The notes beneath the pieces are model-generated. The model ran no database searches, was not told the origin of the DNA, and was given only the letters and a program-made list of their open reading frames with translations. From the NCBI RefSeq assembly GCF_018350175.1, contig NC_058368.1, positions 180,112,001-180,176,000 of the forward strand: 64,000 nucleotides of DNA, in the 5' to 3' direction. Below, piece after piece: positions 51,122-63,741 of the stretch. Every line of letters starts with the position of its first letter. Within the stretch, counting starts at the first letter, position 1. The position numbers and the translations under genes are program-made. Source of the stretch: Felis catus. Taxonomy: Eukaryota.

Positions 51122-52859
51122 AAAAAATTAAAAGTAGAACTCCCCTAAGATCCAGCAATTCTGCTTCTGGGGATTTATCAAAACAAAATAAAAACACTGT
51201 ATTAAAGAGATATATGCACTATCCCATGTTCACTGCAGCATGACTTGTAATAGTCAAGACACAGAAAAAACATAAATGTCAATCAATGGATGAATGGATA
51301 AAGAACACGTGAAAAAGAGTATCATTAATATATAATTACTAATATAATGACTAGTAATTAGTCATTACTATTATAAATATATAATATTCCTTTGTGTGTA
51401 TATGTATATATATGTATGCACACACAATGAAATATTATATGGCCATTAAAAAGAAGGCAATCTCACCATTGCAACAACACATATAGACCTTGTGGGCATT
51501 ATGCTAACTGAAAGAAGTCAGACAGAAAAGACAAATAACATAGGATCATACATGTAGAATCTAAGGAAAAAAACCGAACTAGAGAACAGACTGGTGGTTC
51601 AGAGCAGGGATTAGCAGCTATCCTGTCACCACCATCCCCCCTCCAAGGTAGGATAAGATACATTTTTAGGCTACTGAGGTGGGCGTGGGTGAAAAGGGAG
51701 AAGGTGGTCAAAAGGAACACATTTTCACTTATAAAATAAATAAATCTAGGAATGCATTGCACAGCATGGCGACTGTAGGACTGCATTGTATATTTGAAGT
51801 TGAAAATAATACTGAAAGTTGCTAATTCTTAAATAACTCTTATTACAAGACAAAGTGTGTTAACCATGTATGGTGATAGCTGTTAACTAGACTTGTTGGG
51901 GTGATCATTTTGCAGTATATGCAAATATCAAATCATTATGTTGTACATCTAAAACTTATGTAATGCTATATGTCAATTACCTCAATAACAAATATGATAA
52001 AATATTGATGTGATAAGCTAAGGTTAGGAATCCACTTTGTGAATTCCAGCTCACCAGGTAAATATATGGCAGAGGCCAACATTTAGAAGCTAAAAAATAA
52101 CATGAAGTTTCTTACTAAGATTTTTGAATGTCTCTAAGTTTCATCATTGGACTCAGAGTGCTATTTTCACGTAGTCTTAAAAATTAAATTTAAAAATGCA
52201 GCCTAAAAATCCATCTTTCCTTACACTGGAGTGGGGGTGGTGGTGACAGAACAGCCACTGACCCCTGCTCCGAGTCCTAGAATAAAATATAATTAGCTGA
52301 AGAGGGAGGCTCAGGCTGACCACTTCTCCGGTGACCTTGTTTTGAAAATGACCTCATCTTTCGTCTCCTTGTGATGGCAGCTAATAAGCTGTAGGAGCAG
52401 TGTTTGAAGATTGCCTAGTCACAGGTGAGAAGGTAGATTCACAGAATGAGGTGACAAAACTGACATTCAGGCAGCACATGCCCTTTATCACACATTTATA
52501 CACATCCTTTTGTGTAAGCCCCAAGCAATGCTGCCTGCAGGTTCTGTCCTCCCCACTTCACCAATGAATGAGCAAGACTTGAATCCCACACGTAGGAAGT
52601 GGGAGAGGGGTGATTTGAATCAGGTTTGACTAAGAACAATGCCCATGTCCTTTCCACTATTACACCATGATTTGCACATGCCCTTGGTAAATGTCTCTTG
52701 TTGGATGCCTTCCCACATACAGGGGGTCTTGTGCAAGATGCTGGAGCTCATGGGATTAAGGAAAGCTGCAGAGCTAATTAATCCAAGACTGAAACCAGAC
52801 CTTATGTAAACGTTGGAGTAAAGCCAATGCAACTATTAGGAGGAAATAATGGGAACAGT

Positions 52860-53070
52860 TTTTATAGAGCGGTGGCTGTGGGCCAGAGGTTTTACACATT
52901 TATCCCCAATTCTCACAAAAACTCTACATGGTAGGGATTGTTATCTCCATGTCGTAGCTGAAGAACCTGAATCTTGGAGAAGTGAGGTCATTACCCAGGG
53001 GTTCCACAGCTAATAAACTGCAGAGCTGGGATTCAAACCTGGGCCTGCTATGCTTTTTCACTCCACCATG
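52860..53070 (-). mobile_element. MIR SINE
   Basis: GGAGAAGTGAGGTCATTACCCAGGG...GCAGAGCTGGGATTCAAACCTGG. Confidence 0.7.
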
Positions 53071-53499
53071 CTATCCCACCTTTGGCCTAAAGAACAGAGA
53101 TCTCTATTTACCAGGGGTGGGGGAAGGGACTGAAGGAAGTGTTTCTGAAGATAGGAGGAGGCCATGAGTCCAAGGAAGCCGTGAGTCCCTGGAAGCTGAG
53201 TCCTGAGTCTAACTGGCAGGCCTCAGCCATAGTAACCCAGGTGTAGCTGGTAAGGCTGGTCCTCCCCCCAAAGAGCCTTCAGCTTAGGCCTATGAGAGGC
53301 ATTTCCACATTCATTCTCGTGGACTCAGAACTTTTCAGCTGAGGGGGACTACTGCACTAGAAAAAAAGCACACAAACTGGAGCCCGAGGGCCACCACTGA
53401 CTTGCTAGGTCACTTAGTAAATAGGTCATCTTTCTGAGCACCTGCAAACAGGGGAATGGGTTGGTAAAAGCTACCCAAAGCCCAGAAAAGTTACCTGGT

Positions 53500-54291
53500 T
53501 AATAGGTTCTTCATTAATCCAATTTCCAATGTGGGAAGAGGGGGATTTGCCCACACACCAGCAAAAAGTCTTGGACATCAGCTGTGTGTCCAAGTCAGTT
53601 GTGACTCTACCCTGCAATAGCATCAGATTCCACAAGAGTTCAGTCCTCCAAGACTGCCCCACCACCACTGTTTTCTAAAGCAACTTTTAAGTCCAGGTTG
53701 TTACCAACAGGCTATCGACTGGAAGTTCTAACGACCCCCTCCTCAAGCTCAATAAGTTTGCTATAGTGGCTCACAGAATTCAGAAATACGTTTTACTTAC
53801 TAGATTAGCAGTTTACTATGAAAGGGTGTAGCTCAGGAACAACCAGATGGAAGAGACGCTGAGGGCAAGGTATGGGAAAGGACAGGGAATTACCATGCTT
53901 CCTCCGAATATACCACTCTCTCCAAATCTCCATGCGTTCAACCAACCCAGACGCTCTCCAAACCCAGGCCTTCTGAGTTTTTATGGTGGCCTCATCACGT
54001 AGGTGTGACTGATTACGTCATTGGTCTTTGGTAATTGAACTCAATCTCCAGCCCCTCTCCCCTCTGTGGAGGGTCAGGTGGTGGAACAGAAAGTTCCAAC
54101 CCTCTAATCACTTGATTGGCTCCACAGGCAACCAGACCTCATCCTTCCAAGCTCTCTGAAAGTCGCCTCATTAGCATAACAAAAACCACCTTTATGGCTT
54201 TCACCACAGGGAATTTCAAAGGTTTTAGGAGCTTTGTGCCAGGAACAAGAAAACCAAATGTGTAATTCTTACCGTAAATCACAGTATCACA
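53500..54291 (-). mobile_element. MER21-like solo LTR
   Basis: Reverse complement begins TGTGATACTGTGATTTA...TTCCTGGCACAAAGCTCCTAAAACCTTTG. Confidence 0.75.
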
Positions 54292-54394
54292 CCCGGCAAA
54301 ACATTTACCATGAGAAAAAAATTATGTGCCTACACTTTGTAAAAACTACAAACACCATGAAGATATGGATTAATCCTAGAAACAGTACCCAATC

Positions 54395-55280
54395 TGTATC
54401 AATTTTCTAGGGCTACCATAACAAAGTACCACATACTCACTTAAAACAACAGAAATCTATTCTCTCCACACTTCAAGAGGCCAGAAGTGCAAAATAAAGG
54501 TGTCAGAAAAACGGATTCCTACTGGAGGCTGAGAGAAATTCCCTGCCTCTCACCTAACTTCTGGTGCTTGCTGGCAATCCTTGATATGCCTTGGCCTGCA
54601 GATCTATCCCTCCAATCTCTGCCTACCTCACCTTCACAAGGCCTTTCCTGTGTGGCTATATGCTCTTTTCTGTATCTTAGTGAAAGAGGACTTCAACTAC
54701 CTTCATTTTGACCTCAAACTTTCTAATTGATTAAGTTATTTGCAGCTCATGTCTTAACTCAGGCAAAAGAGCCCTGTGGGCAAAGCATGTCATGAGGGAA
54801 CAGATACTACCCCATCATGCTGTAAGGGACCGTCCTGAGCCAGCAAGGCCCAGCCAGTGATGACCCCAAGACAACAATGAACCTGACCTGTACTGCCCAC
54901 CTGCATGTACCCACGGACCTTTGTCCCACATTTTCCTTATATAAGCCTAGAAACATTTTCAGCACTTTGGAGACTGTCTTCCTGGTGTCAACCTCACTGA
55001 AATAAATCTTTGTTTCCCCACCATTCGCCTCTCTCTTTTGGATTTTGTCAGCAGCAACTGGCCGAACCTGGTCTGTTTGGGACCCCCACAGCCAGGTGCA
55101 CCCCAACTACATAATAAGGAGACTCTCCTTTGGATTTAGGACCCATCCTATCCAGTAGGATCTCATGTCAATCCTTACCTTAGTCACATCTGCAATGACT
55201 CCAATTCCAAATACAGTCACATTCTAAAGTTCTGGGTGGATATGATGAATTTGATGGGAGACACTATTCAACCCACTACA
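54395..55280 (-). mobile_element. MLT1A/B-like MaLR LTR split by another LTR (halves 54395-54680 and 55112-55280)
   Basis: GGGCTACCATAACAAAGTACCAC...TTAAAACAACAGAAAT, then ATAAGGA...TTGGATTTAGG...ACACTATTCAACCCACTACA. Confidence 0.85.
54681..55111 (+). mobile_element. Solo ERV LTR nested in MLT1
   Basis: TG...CA ends; TATATAA at ~54938; AATAAA at ~55002. Confidence 0.75.
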
Positions 55281-56257
55281 CAATCTAATACTTTGATATA
55301 CAGCTGAGAAACCTGAAGTTTTTTAAAGGGAAATGACTAACCCATGGCCATACAGCTTCACATGTGTAACAGATGTTGGAGGGAGGAGAGGCATGGGCAC
55401 TATGATTTTCATAAGTGGACAGCCCTTCATAGGTCAAGATAAATAAGCCCATCCTACATGAAGACAACCAGAGGGAGCCTACTCAAAACATGGTCTATAA
55501 TTTCAACCCGTATCTTCCCCTCCTAGGAAACAGAAGTAGGCATCTCACTCCACAGAAAAACCATTGAAGCCAGAGAGAGAAACCACAGAACCAGCCACCA
55601 GCCAGCTCTTACCAGACACAAAGAGAGAAACCACCACCTCCCATTTCCTCCTCTACAATTTCCTCCACTTAAAGTTTCAAAACTCCGCCATAATATTAAT
55701 CAGAGAAGTGACGGACCTGGCCCACAAGTTTATGATGTGCGTCTCCAAGGCATCCCTGGTTCTTATGGCCAGGTGCAGCCACGTGGAATGTTAAGGAGCA
55801 ACTTGAACCGTAGCTGTTTCCCCATGTTTTTCTGTCTGATTATAAATACAGCTTGGTGAAAATCCAGCCACACCACAGTTTCAATAGGGCTGCATTTTTT
55901 TCCAAAACCCAACTTGCCTTCAAGGGCACAGAGCATCTGTTTCAAGTCAGAAGCCAGGGCAAGCCTGTCTCACACGTGGCATGGCTTAGAAGCCCCAGCC
56001 ATGGTACTTAAACCCTAAGTGCCCCGAGATAATTGGCCTCCAAAACAAATTCAGCGGCTGGGACCTGATCAGAAATTGCTGGTGGCTTTTTTCCTAACCT
56101 AATTTCATTCCCACCGCCCACCCCTGCCCTCTGACCTTCTTTCCTTTCTCTGGCCTAAGTCCTGGAAAATAGAGTTTGGAAATGCCTGGGGGATTTCTTG
56201 GGTGGGCCCCAAATCTTCAGGGAGAAGAGATAGGACTGAAAGTTACCAGAGGGATAA

Positions 56258-56555
56258 GGAAAGAAGCCAGACACGAAAGGTCACATATTGCGTGATTTCA
56301 TTTGTAAGAAATGTGCAGAATAGGTAAATTCAAAGAGACCAGAAGCAGATTGGTGGTTGCCAGGGTCTTTTGGGAGGAGGCATGGGGAGTGACTTCTTGA
56401 GTTGGGGAGTCCCTTTTGAGGATGATGAAAATGTTTTGGAACTAGATAGAGGTGACGGTTGCACAAGTGTGAATGTACTAAAGGACACTGAGTTGTTTAC
56501 TTGTAAATGGTTACATTTCTGTTTTGTGAATTTCACCTCAATTTTAAAAAACATT
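56258..56555 (+). mobile_element. Old L1 3' end (L1MB-like)
   Basis: GAAAGAAGCCAGACAC...GATGAAAATGTTTTGGAACTAGATAG...TTCACCTCAAT. Confidence 0.82.
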
Positions 56556-57570
56556 AAAAGAGGAAGGGTAGAAGGGTGGGAGGAGGAGGAGGAAGGAAGC
56601 CCTGCAGCTGAGAAGAGCTAGCCTCAAGAACAGCCAGGGGCCAAGTCTAAGTTAACCCCTCCCTTTCCAGGACAAAGCTGCTAGCTGAGTGCCTGCTGCA
56701 GTTTCCCCAGAAGCTTCAGCTGAGAAACTGCCCTGAGCCAGCTGGTCAGCCCCTTAAAGCTAAAAGGTTCTGCCTCTTCAATGCTTCGGCTCAATCACAG
56801 GCTCTTTTCTCTAATAGGTAATGTTTTGAAAGAGAGAGAGGAGGGACCCTACCTATTTCAGGAGCTTAAAATGAAATTAAGTGGAATGACACGCAGTGGG
56901 GAGGGGGGGGAATTTTTTTTTTTTAAGTTTAGGATTCTCTGCTTCCCTACTCAGAAGTGCCTAAAATGCACACTGCCTTCTCTAAATTGAACGGAATTGC
57001 TGTTTTGAGCCCCCATCCTGTAGTACTGCAAAAACTTTATCTCACTTGCAAAAACTTAATCTCGGTTTAGCATCTGGCCGTTGCTGTCTTCATGTATTCC
57101 TGTGAGGTGCCAAAATGTGCCCATACTCTGGACCTCTGGACAACTGTCCTGACTACTTTTGTTCAATCTGTCTGGCAGGTCTCCTTCAAGTTTGTAGGTT
57201 CTCTATGCCACTTCTCTATGCCACCTGTCTGTTCCCCACGAATGTCTGGGAATTTGCCATCATAAGAAGTTAGGTGGAGCTAAGACTGTTCACCTACTTG
57301 CTTTCTACTCTTAGCCACACAGAAGAGTCGTTTTATTGCTCCCCCACTGCACAGAGGTTTGGGAACTCTTCAAGGCTGACTCAGTCATGGTGACCAGCAG
57401 CTATTTCTACTCTACTTCTTTTGCAGCATGTTATGGTATATGCAATATCCCTAGGGATGTGCCCCTTTCCCGGGCTCTGCCTCCTAAATGGACACAGGTC
57501 TTCTCTACTCTGGGATTCCCCAAACCTATATGCAGTCCCTGAGGTGGAATTCAAATCCAATTTGACTTTA

Positions 57571-57796
57571 TTATTTTTTTTTTAATTTTTTTTCAACGTT
57601 TATTTATTTTTGGGACAGAGAGAGACAGAGCATGAACGGGGGAGGGGCAGAGAGAGAGGGAGACACAGAATCGGAAATAGGCTCCAGGCTCCGAGCCATC
57701 AGCCCAGAGCCTGACGCGGGGCTCGAACTCACGGACCGCGAGATCGTGACCTGGCTGAAGTCGGATGCTTAGCCGACTGCGCCACCCAGGCGCCCC
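57571..57796 (-). mobile_element. Young felid SINE
   Basis: Perfect 14-bp TSD CCAATTTGACTTTA (57557-57570 and 57797-57810). Confidence 0.96.
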
Positions 57797-58014
57797 CCAA
57801 TTTGACTTTAAAACACACCTACTTCCTCCTACACAACACTACCTTGTTGCATTTAACCAGGTGCCTTAGAAAGACATCAATCTTTTGACTGTAGTCGAGG
57901 TGAAAGGACTTTCAGGAAGAAAAACTGAATTAGGTACTCCTACAGAAGAGCCTCAAAGCACTGTCAATGGGGTGTAGAAACAGAAACTTGGCAATGGGTC
58001 AATGTGCCCCACTG

Positions 58015-58342
58015 TGTAGGGTCCCCTCCCTAAAGAAAGAAAAACAAAAAACAAAACCAAAAAAAAAACCAAAACAAAACCCTCAAGGTAACCTGGCTAT
58101 AGGCTTATGTGACAACATCCGTCATGACCTTGTAACATGAGACCACTTAATCAGACAGCCTATTTGTGTGTTACCATATATGGGAGACAAAGAAGTAGAA
58201 AATAAATTTAAAAACCTAGGCCACATGGCGTTCGGGGCTCAGTTTTTTAGGTACGAACCCAACTGAACAGTGCCGGCACAAATAAAGTTGCTTCCTGGAA
58301 AGAAAAGCCTCTGTGTCATGACTCTGTCGAGAACCTGCTACA
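58015..58342 (+). mobile_element. Probable short solo ERV LTR
   Basis: TGTAG...CTACA inverted termini; TTCGGGGCTCAG motif; AATAAA at ~58281; no clear TSD. Confidence 0.6.
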
Positions 58343-58444
58343 CTTCAAGGTTCCCTGTTCCCTACAGGAAACCCTCATGGAGTTAACTTGAAAAAGTCAA
58401 GAGACAAAGGAGTTTATTCAAAAATGAGTGTCTAAAAAATTCCA

Positions 58445-58770
58445 GGCAATGGGCGAAACTCGAAGACATTATGCCAAGTGAAAGAAGCCAAACACAAGGA
58501 GTCACATATTGTATGATTCCATTTACATGAAATGTCCAGAGAGATGAATTCATAGAAACAGAAAGTAGACTGGTGGTTGGCAGGGGCTGAGAGGAAGAGG
58601 GAATACAGACTAACAGGAATGGGTTTTCCTTCTGGGGTGATGAAAATGTTCTGGAATTAGACACTGATGAAGATTATATAACATCATAAATGTATGGGAA
58701 ATCATTGACTTACACACTTTAAAATGGTTTAATTGGGAATTTTCTGTTAATTTTACATCAATAAAAAAAT
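58445..58770 (+). mobile_element. Old L1 3' end (L1MB-like)
   Basis: ACATTATGCCAAGTGAAAGAAGCCA...TGTATGATTCCATTTACATGAAATGTCCAGA...CAATAAAAAAA. Confidence 0.82.
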
Positions 58771-58815
58771 CTTCCCAGACATACTTGGATTTGGTCATTA
58801 AGACTACTTTATGCT

Positions 58816-59040
58816 TGGAGGGCCTGGGTGGCTCAGTCAGTTAAGCATCTGACTTCGGCTCAGGTCATGATCTCATTGTTTGTGAGTTCAAGCCCCGCAT
58901 TGGGCTCTATGCTGACAGCTCAGAGCCTGAAGCCTGCTTCACATTCTGTGTGTCTCTCTCTCTGCCTTCCTCTGCCTGTGCTCTATCTCTCTCTCTCTTT
59001 TAAAAATTATAATAGACATTTTAAAAATTAAGAAAAAAAA
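58816..59040 (+). mobile_element. Carnivore SINE
   Basis: TSD AGACTACTTTATGCT (58801-58815 and 59041-59055). Confidence 0.93.
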
Positions 59041-59789
59041 AGACTACTTTATGCTGGTTGTAGTGCTCAGGAAAGAGACCTATATTGCAATAGGGTTTGG
59101 GGGAAGGCATCATCTCCTAGCCTCTGCCCTTGATATGCATTTCCACCAGCTTCTTGTTTAACTCCATCATCTCTTTAAATTTCCCTTTAAAATTCTTGAT
59201 AGATTTATTTCAGATGCCCCCCCCCCCGTCTTGATAAGCTTTACCTGGAATGCAAAAATGTTCTAATGTTCTAATGTTTGGGACTTTGCTTATTTACAAA
59301 CAACTGTGAATGTCTACAGTTGGAGGCATAGACTTCTAGTCTGAAAAGCCCCAATAGAAGTCATCCACATACTGTCTGGAAGAGAGATTCCTCTAGCTTT
59401 GTCCCCTCTCTTTCAAGCCCTCTGTGAAAGAACACATTGTTCTCTTAACAGTAGTGACCACCTTTGGTTATGATTATATGCCAGATATGGTGCCCTCACT
59501 CCCTCAAAAACTATGAAAACAACACTATCATTCTGATTTTGCAGGTAAGAATATAGGGACCCAATCAGTGGAGCATTTTGTGTAATCTCATACAGATGAT
59601 AAGTGGCAGGGTTGAGATTAAACCCAAGATTGTCTCCACAGTCTGTGCTCTTAACCATTATATCATACAGCCCGTTTCCTATTAGCCCTGTTGAGTGTAC
59701 CTCAGGGCTTTGTGTCATTGCTTCCCTGACTTCTTAGTTCTTCCATATTCACTCATGTTGAGATTAGCAGAAAGAAAAGTGAGGAAAAG

Positions 59790-61145
59790 ATTCTGGTTCT
59801 GGTAGGAGCAGAATAGCCTGTCTAAAACTAACCCTCCCACATAACAATTATATACTCCGGATAAAATTTTTTAAAAAACAATTGCCTTAAGGCACTAGAC
59901 AGCAGCCAAAGCAGGCAGAACCTAAAGGGATCCAATCCTTGAAATAAAGGAAACACATTGAGTAAGATCTTCCCCTAAAGGCACATCCCTTTTTTACAAT
60001 GTGCAGAGGGCTTGAGTGACTGGAAATTGAGGCGTGAAATCCAGCAAATGATGGAAGCACAGAAAAGTTTCCCTAAAATCTGTGTGCTAATTCTCCTCCA
60101 ATACTTGTCTGACTGCTTACAGTTCATACATAGGGTGAGACTGTAAATTACCCATAGGTTAAGAGTAAGGACCACATCCTAGGACTAAGGTCTACACCCT
60201 AGGAATAGGATAGAACTGGAAGGGACAACCCTAATAAAGGCTGAAACTACACTTCCACAGGATTAAGGTGATCTGTTAACAACTGAATCATTCACTAGGA
60301 CAAAACTTAATACTTTTCAGAGAAAGACCACAGAATCGAAAGACAGTCTTCTATTCTTAGAATCATTTCATTCACTCAGCATAGTGTTACCATGCTTAGC
60401 ACGAAGCCTGCTTAGGATTTTCTCTCTCTCTCTCTCTCTCTCTGCTCCCTCCCCTGCTCACACGCTCTCTCAAAATAAACATTTTAAACGTATATTTTAT
60501 AGGAAAAGATGAATGTAACAGCTAAAGAGCTGGTGAATTTCAGGATAGATAAGAAAATTCTAAAAAGACAAATGAAACCTCACAAACTAAAAAAATACAA
60601 TATTTGAAATAAAAAAAAAACACTAGATAACAGCATACTAAGTACTGAACACTTTAAAAGTAGAGGTAAAAGTAAAGACACATCACCAGAAATTATCCAA
60701 ACAACTACAAAATAAAGAAATATTTTTCAAACATGAACAGAGTCTCAATAAGAAACATTAAATAATCTGACATCTGTGTCATTGGAATCCCAGAACAAAA
60801 AGAGACAGAAAACTAGGAAGAAAACAAATATAGCAAGCAATAATGGCTGAAAATTTTGCAAATTCAATAGAAGAAACTGCAATCTACAGATTTAAGAAAT
60901 TCAGAAAACCGTGCCCATGATAAATACACACCCACATCCACACAAAACCATGAGTAGGCACATCATAATCACATTACTAATGACTAAAGATAAGGAGAAA
61001 GTCTTTAATATATCCAGAAGGAAAAAAATACATATAGACAAATGAAATAAATAGAAGAACAAATAGAAATACAGCTTACTACTTATCAGAAATGATGGAG
61101 GCCAGAAGACAATGGGATGATATCTTTAAAATGCTTAGAGAAAAG
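59790..61145 (+). mobile_element. Ancient L1 5' region / ORF1 relic with a SINE fragment at ~60395-60485
   Basis: ORF1-like ATTGGAATCCCAGAA, ATAATGGCTGAAAATTTT, ATGGAGGCCAGAAGACAATGG. Confidence 0.65.
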
Positions 61146-62244
61146 TGGGTCACCTCTGCAACACCTGTGAAAAACCTACTTACACGTGAAAATTATTTTC
61201 TGTAAGCATCTGCTCTCAATAGAGTTAAAGTTGAATGTTTTATCATTGATACAAAGGCAGCCCTGAATTTTTACTCTAAGGCCCAGTCCTGGAAGTATAC
61301 TAGGTAAGTGCTATCTAACATTTTTGACCCAGAGTTCTCATATGTAAATGGCGATGATAATAGTACCTTCAGCTCATAGAGCTGCTGTGAAAATTAAATA
61401 AAATTGTAAATGTAAAGCACTTAGTACAACACCCAGTATATAATGGGCTATAGACCACAGAGCGACTGGGGATGGGGAAAACAGACAATGGGGTCCAAGA
61501 CTCCCAAAGTCCTTTCCAACCAGCTAGGCAACTGAGCTCTATGGCCAAAGATATTGGATATGGTGAGGGCCCAGACTGTGGTCACAAGCACCTCAATGAA
61601 TGGGACCACAAGTGAGCTACCAGGACTGAGAGCAGGAATGGTAATTCCCTGGATTAATACTAGGGGCTGTCACTAAAAGAATGGATGATGGAGGTGGAAG
61701 GTAAAGAACAAATGTTTACCCTAGAGGCTAAAGGTGGGTCACAGTTTTCCCTCGAGGAGCTCTCGTATAAGGAAATAATTCAGTAGGAGACAGAATACAA
61801 GGCACTTAGCATTGTGATAGAGGGATGCACGGGTTCTAAAGGGGCAAAAAGGGAGAGGAGAAAGGGGTGATCAGGGAAGTCTTCTTAAAAAGCTATTCAT
61901 TTGAAATGAATATTCAGGGAAAAGTAGGAGTCCACAACCAAAACAGAGGAAGAAGATTTTTAAGGCAAGCCAAGACCTTGAAGAGACGGTGGGAGTTGAG
62001 GCAGTAGAGACAGAAGCAGGTTGGGTCCTGCTTTGTGAGCCATGCTAAGGAATTTGACTTTCTCCTCTAATGAGTGGCTTTCATTGTGTGTATTGTGTAT
62101 GTGTGTGTATGTTATACCAAGATCCACAATAATAAAATCATTTTACATGGCCACCTGAACTATAGCAATAGACATTGTATGTGTATGTGAACGTATGCAC
62201 GTGTAAATCTCAAATGTAACTATTCTAAAAAAATGGAAGTTTTA

Positions 62245-62465
62245 GGGGCTCCTGGGTGGCTCAGTAGGCTGAGCATCCAACTTCGGCTCAGGTCATGATC
62301 TCACGGTTTGTGAGTTCGAGCCCCGCATCGGCCTTTGTGCTGGGAGTACAGAGCCTGGAGCCTGCTTCGGGTTCTGTGTCTCCCTCTCTCTCTCTGACCC
62401 TCCCCAATCACGATCTGTCTCTCTCCCTCTCAAAAAAAAAAAAAAAAATAAACATTTTAAAGAAA
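62245..62465 (+). mobile_element. Felid SINE
   Basis: GGGGCTCCTGGGTGGCTCAG head; TSD TGGAAGTTTTA. Confidence 0.93.
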
Positions 62466-62544
62466 ACGCCTGGAAGTTTTAATAGTTAACATACATCTAC
62501 CCTGAGGCTCACAAATTTTACTCCGATTAGCATGGCTAAAAGAA

Positions 62545-63002
62545 ATGAGTAGAAATGAAAAGACAGGTATAAGATTATTCCCAGGAGCTTTGTTCATAAT
62601 AGCCAAAAAGTGGAAACAACCCAAATGTCCATCAACAGGAGAAATGGATAATGAAATTGTGGTGCATTCACACAACAGAATAATGAAAGCAGACAAACTA
62701 CTGCTACACACAACATCACGAATGTATCTCAGACATACTGAGCTAAAAAAAGCCAACCCCCAAAACCCCATTCAGTTCAAGAACCAGCAAAACTAATTGA
62801 TGATTATATCAGTCAGAACAGTGATGAACTCTCAGGGAGTGAGGGGGGTTAGTTTGGATTGGGAAGGGGCATGAGGGAGCCTTCTGAGATACCAGATATG
62901 TTTTATGCCTTGGTCTAGGTGGTGGCTAAATGAGAGTATGCACATATAAAAATCCATCAAGCTGCACACTCAATACTTGTGCACTTCACTGAATATGTTA
63001 TA
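62545..63002 (+). mobile_element. Old L1 3' fragment (L1MD/ME-like)
   Basis: LFIIAKKWKQPKCPST peptide; AAAATCCATCAAGCTGCACAC. Confidence 0.75.
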
Positions 63003-63004
63003 GC

Positions 63005-63420
63005 TGTTGGGGAGTGTCATCAAAAAGATATGACTGCCAGTTGGCCCATGAGCTGGACCTGGGCACTTGGAGGCTCCTCACCTGCTCCCCTGCCCTGGGA
63101 ATGTGGGTTCCACTTGCTTTTTCCCTCCTGGAGGCTGCTCCTAGGACATAGCCTTAAGATGGTGAGACAGTTGAGAATACCTGTACCATACATGTGACTG
63201 AGCCCAGTTAAGTCCTCTCTATAGGCTTTTAAGATTTAAGGGGTGGATATGGGGGTCCATTCATCTTGCAGCTGCCCAAGAGAAGCCTCGTTATATAAGA
63301 TCCCTTTGCTTATTAAAAGTGCCACATACCCACCTGGAAAAGCCTGCATTTCTTTGCTCCTCCCTGTCCTTCAAGCATGGAGGCTGAGAGGTTCAGATTA
63401 TACTCAGGTAGCTCCCAAGA
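63005..63420 (+). mobile_element. Probable solo ERV LTR
   Basis: TGTTGGGGAG start; ATTAAA signal; ends GCTCCCAAGA (imperfect inverted end). Confidence 0.5.
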
Positions 63421-63525
63421 GGAGCTACCATTTAAATGTAAATGCTTACATTTAAAATAATCTGAAATAAATGTTTCACAAAACAATACTTATATATGAC
63501 TGAGGCTGACATTTAATCCATTCAC

Positions 63526-63741
63526 TTTTTTTTTTATTTTTTTTTAACGTTTATTTATTTTTGAGACAGAGAGAGACAGAGCATGAACAGGGGAGGGGCA
63601 GAGAGAGAGGGAGACACAGAATGCGAAACAGGCTCCAAGCTGTCAGCACAGAGCCCGATGAGGGGCTCGAACTCACGAACTGTGAGATCATGACCTGAGC
63701 TGAAGTCGGACGCTTAACCGACCAAGCCACCCAGGCGCCCC
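63526..63741 (-). mobile_element. Felid SINE
   Basis: TSD ATCCATTCA; head CCACCCAGGCGCCCC. Confidence 0.93.

Larger units (their letters stand above)
48955..51990 (+). mobile_element. Host L1-A segment 3 (RT through 3' end)
   Basis: GGATCATTATAATCAAGTGGGATTTA continues from 40210; ends GTCAATTACCTCAATAAC. Confidence 0.85.
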
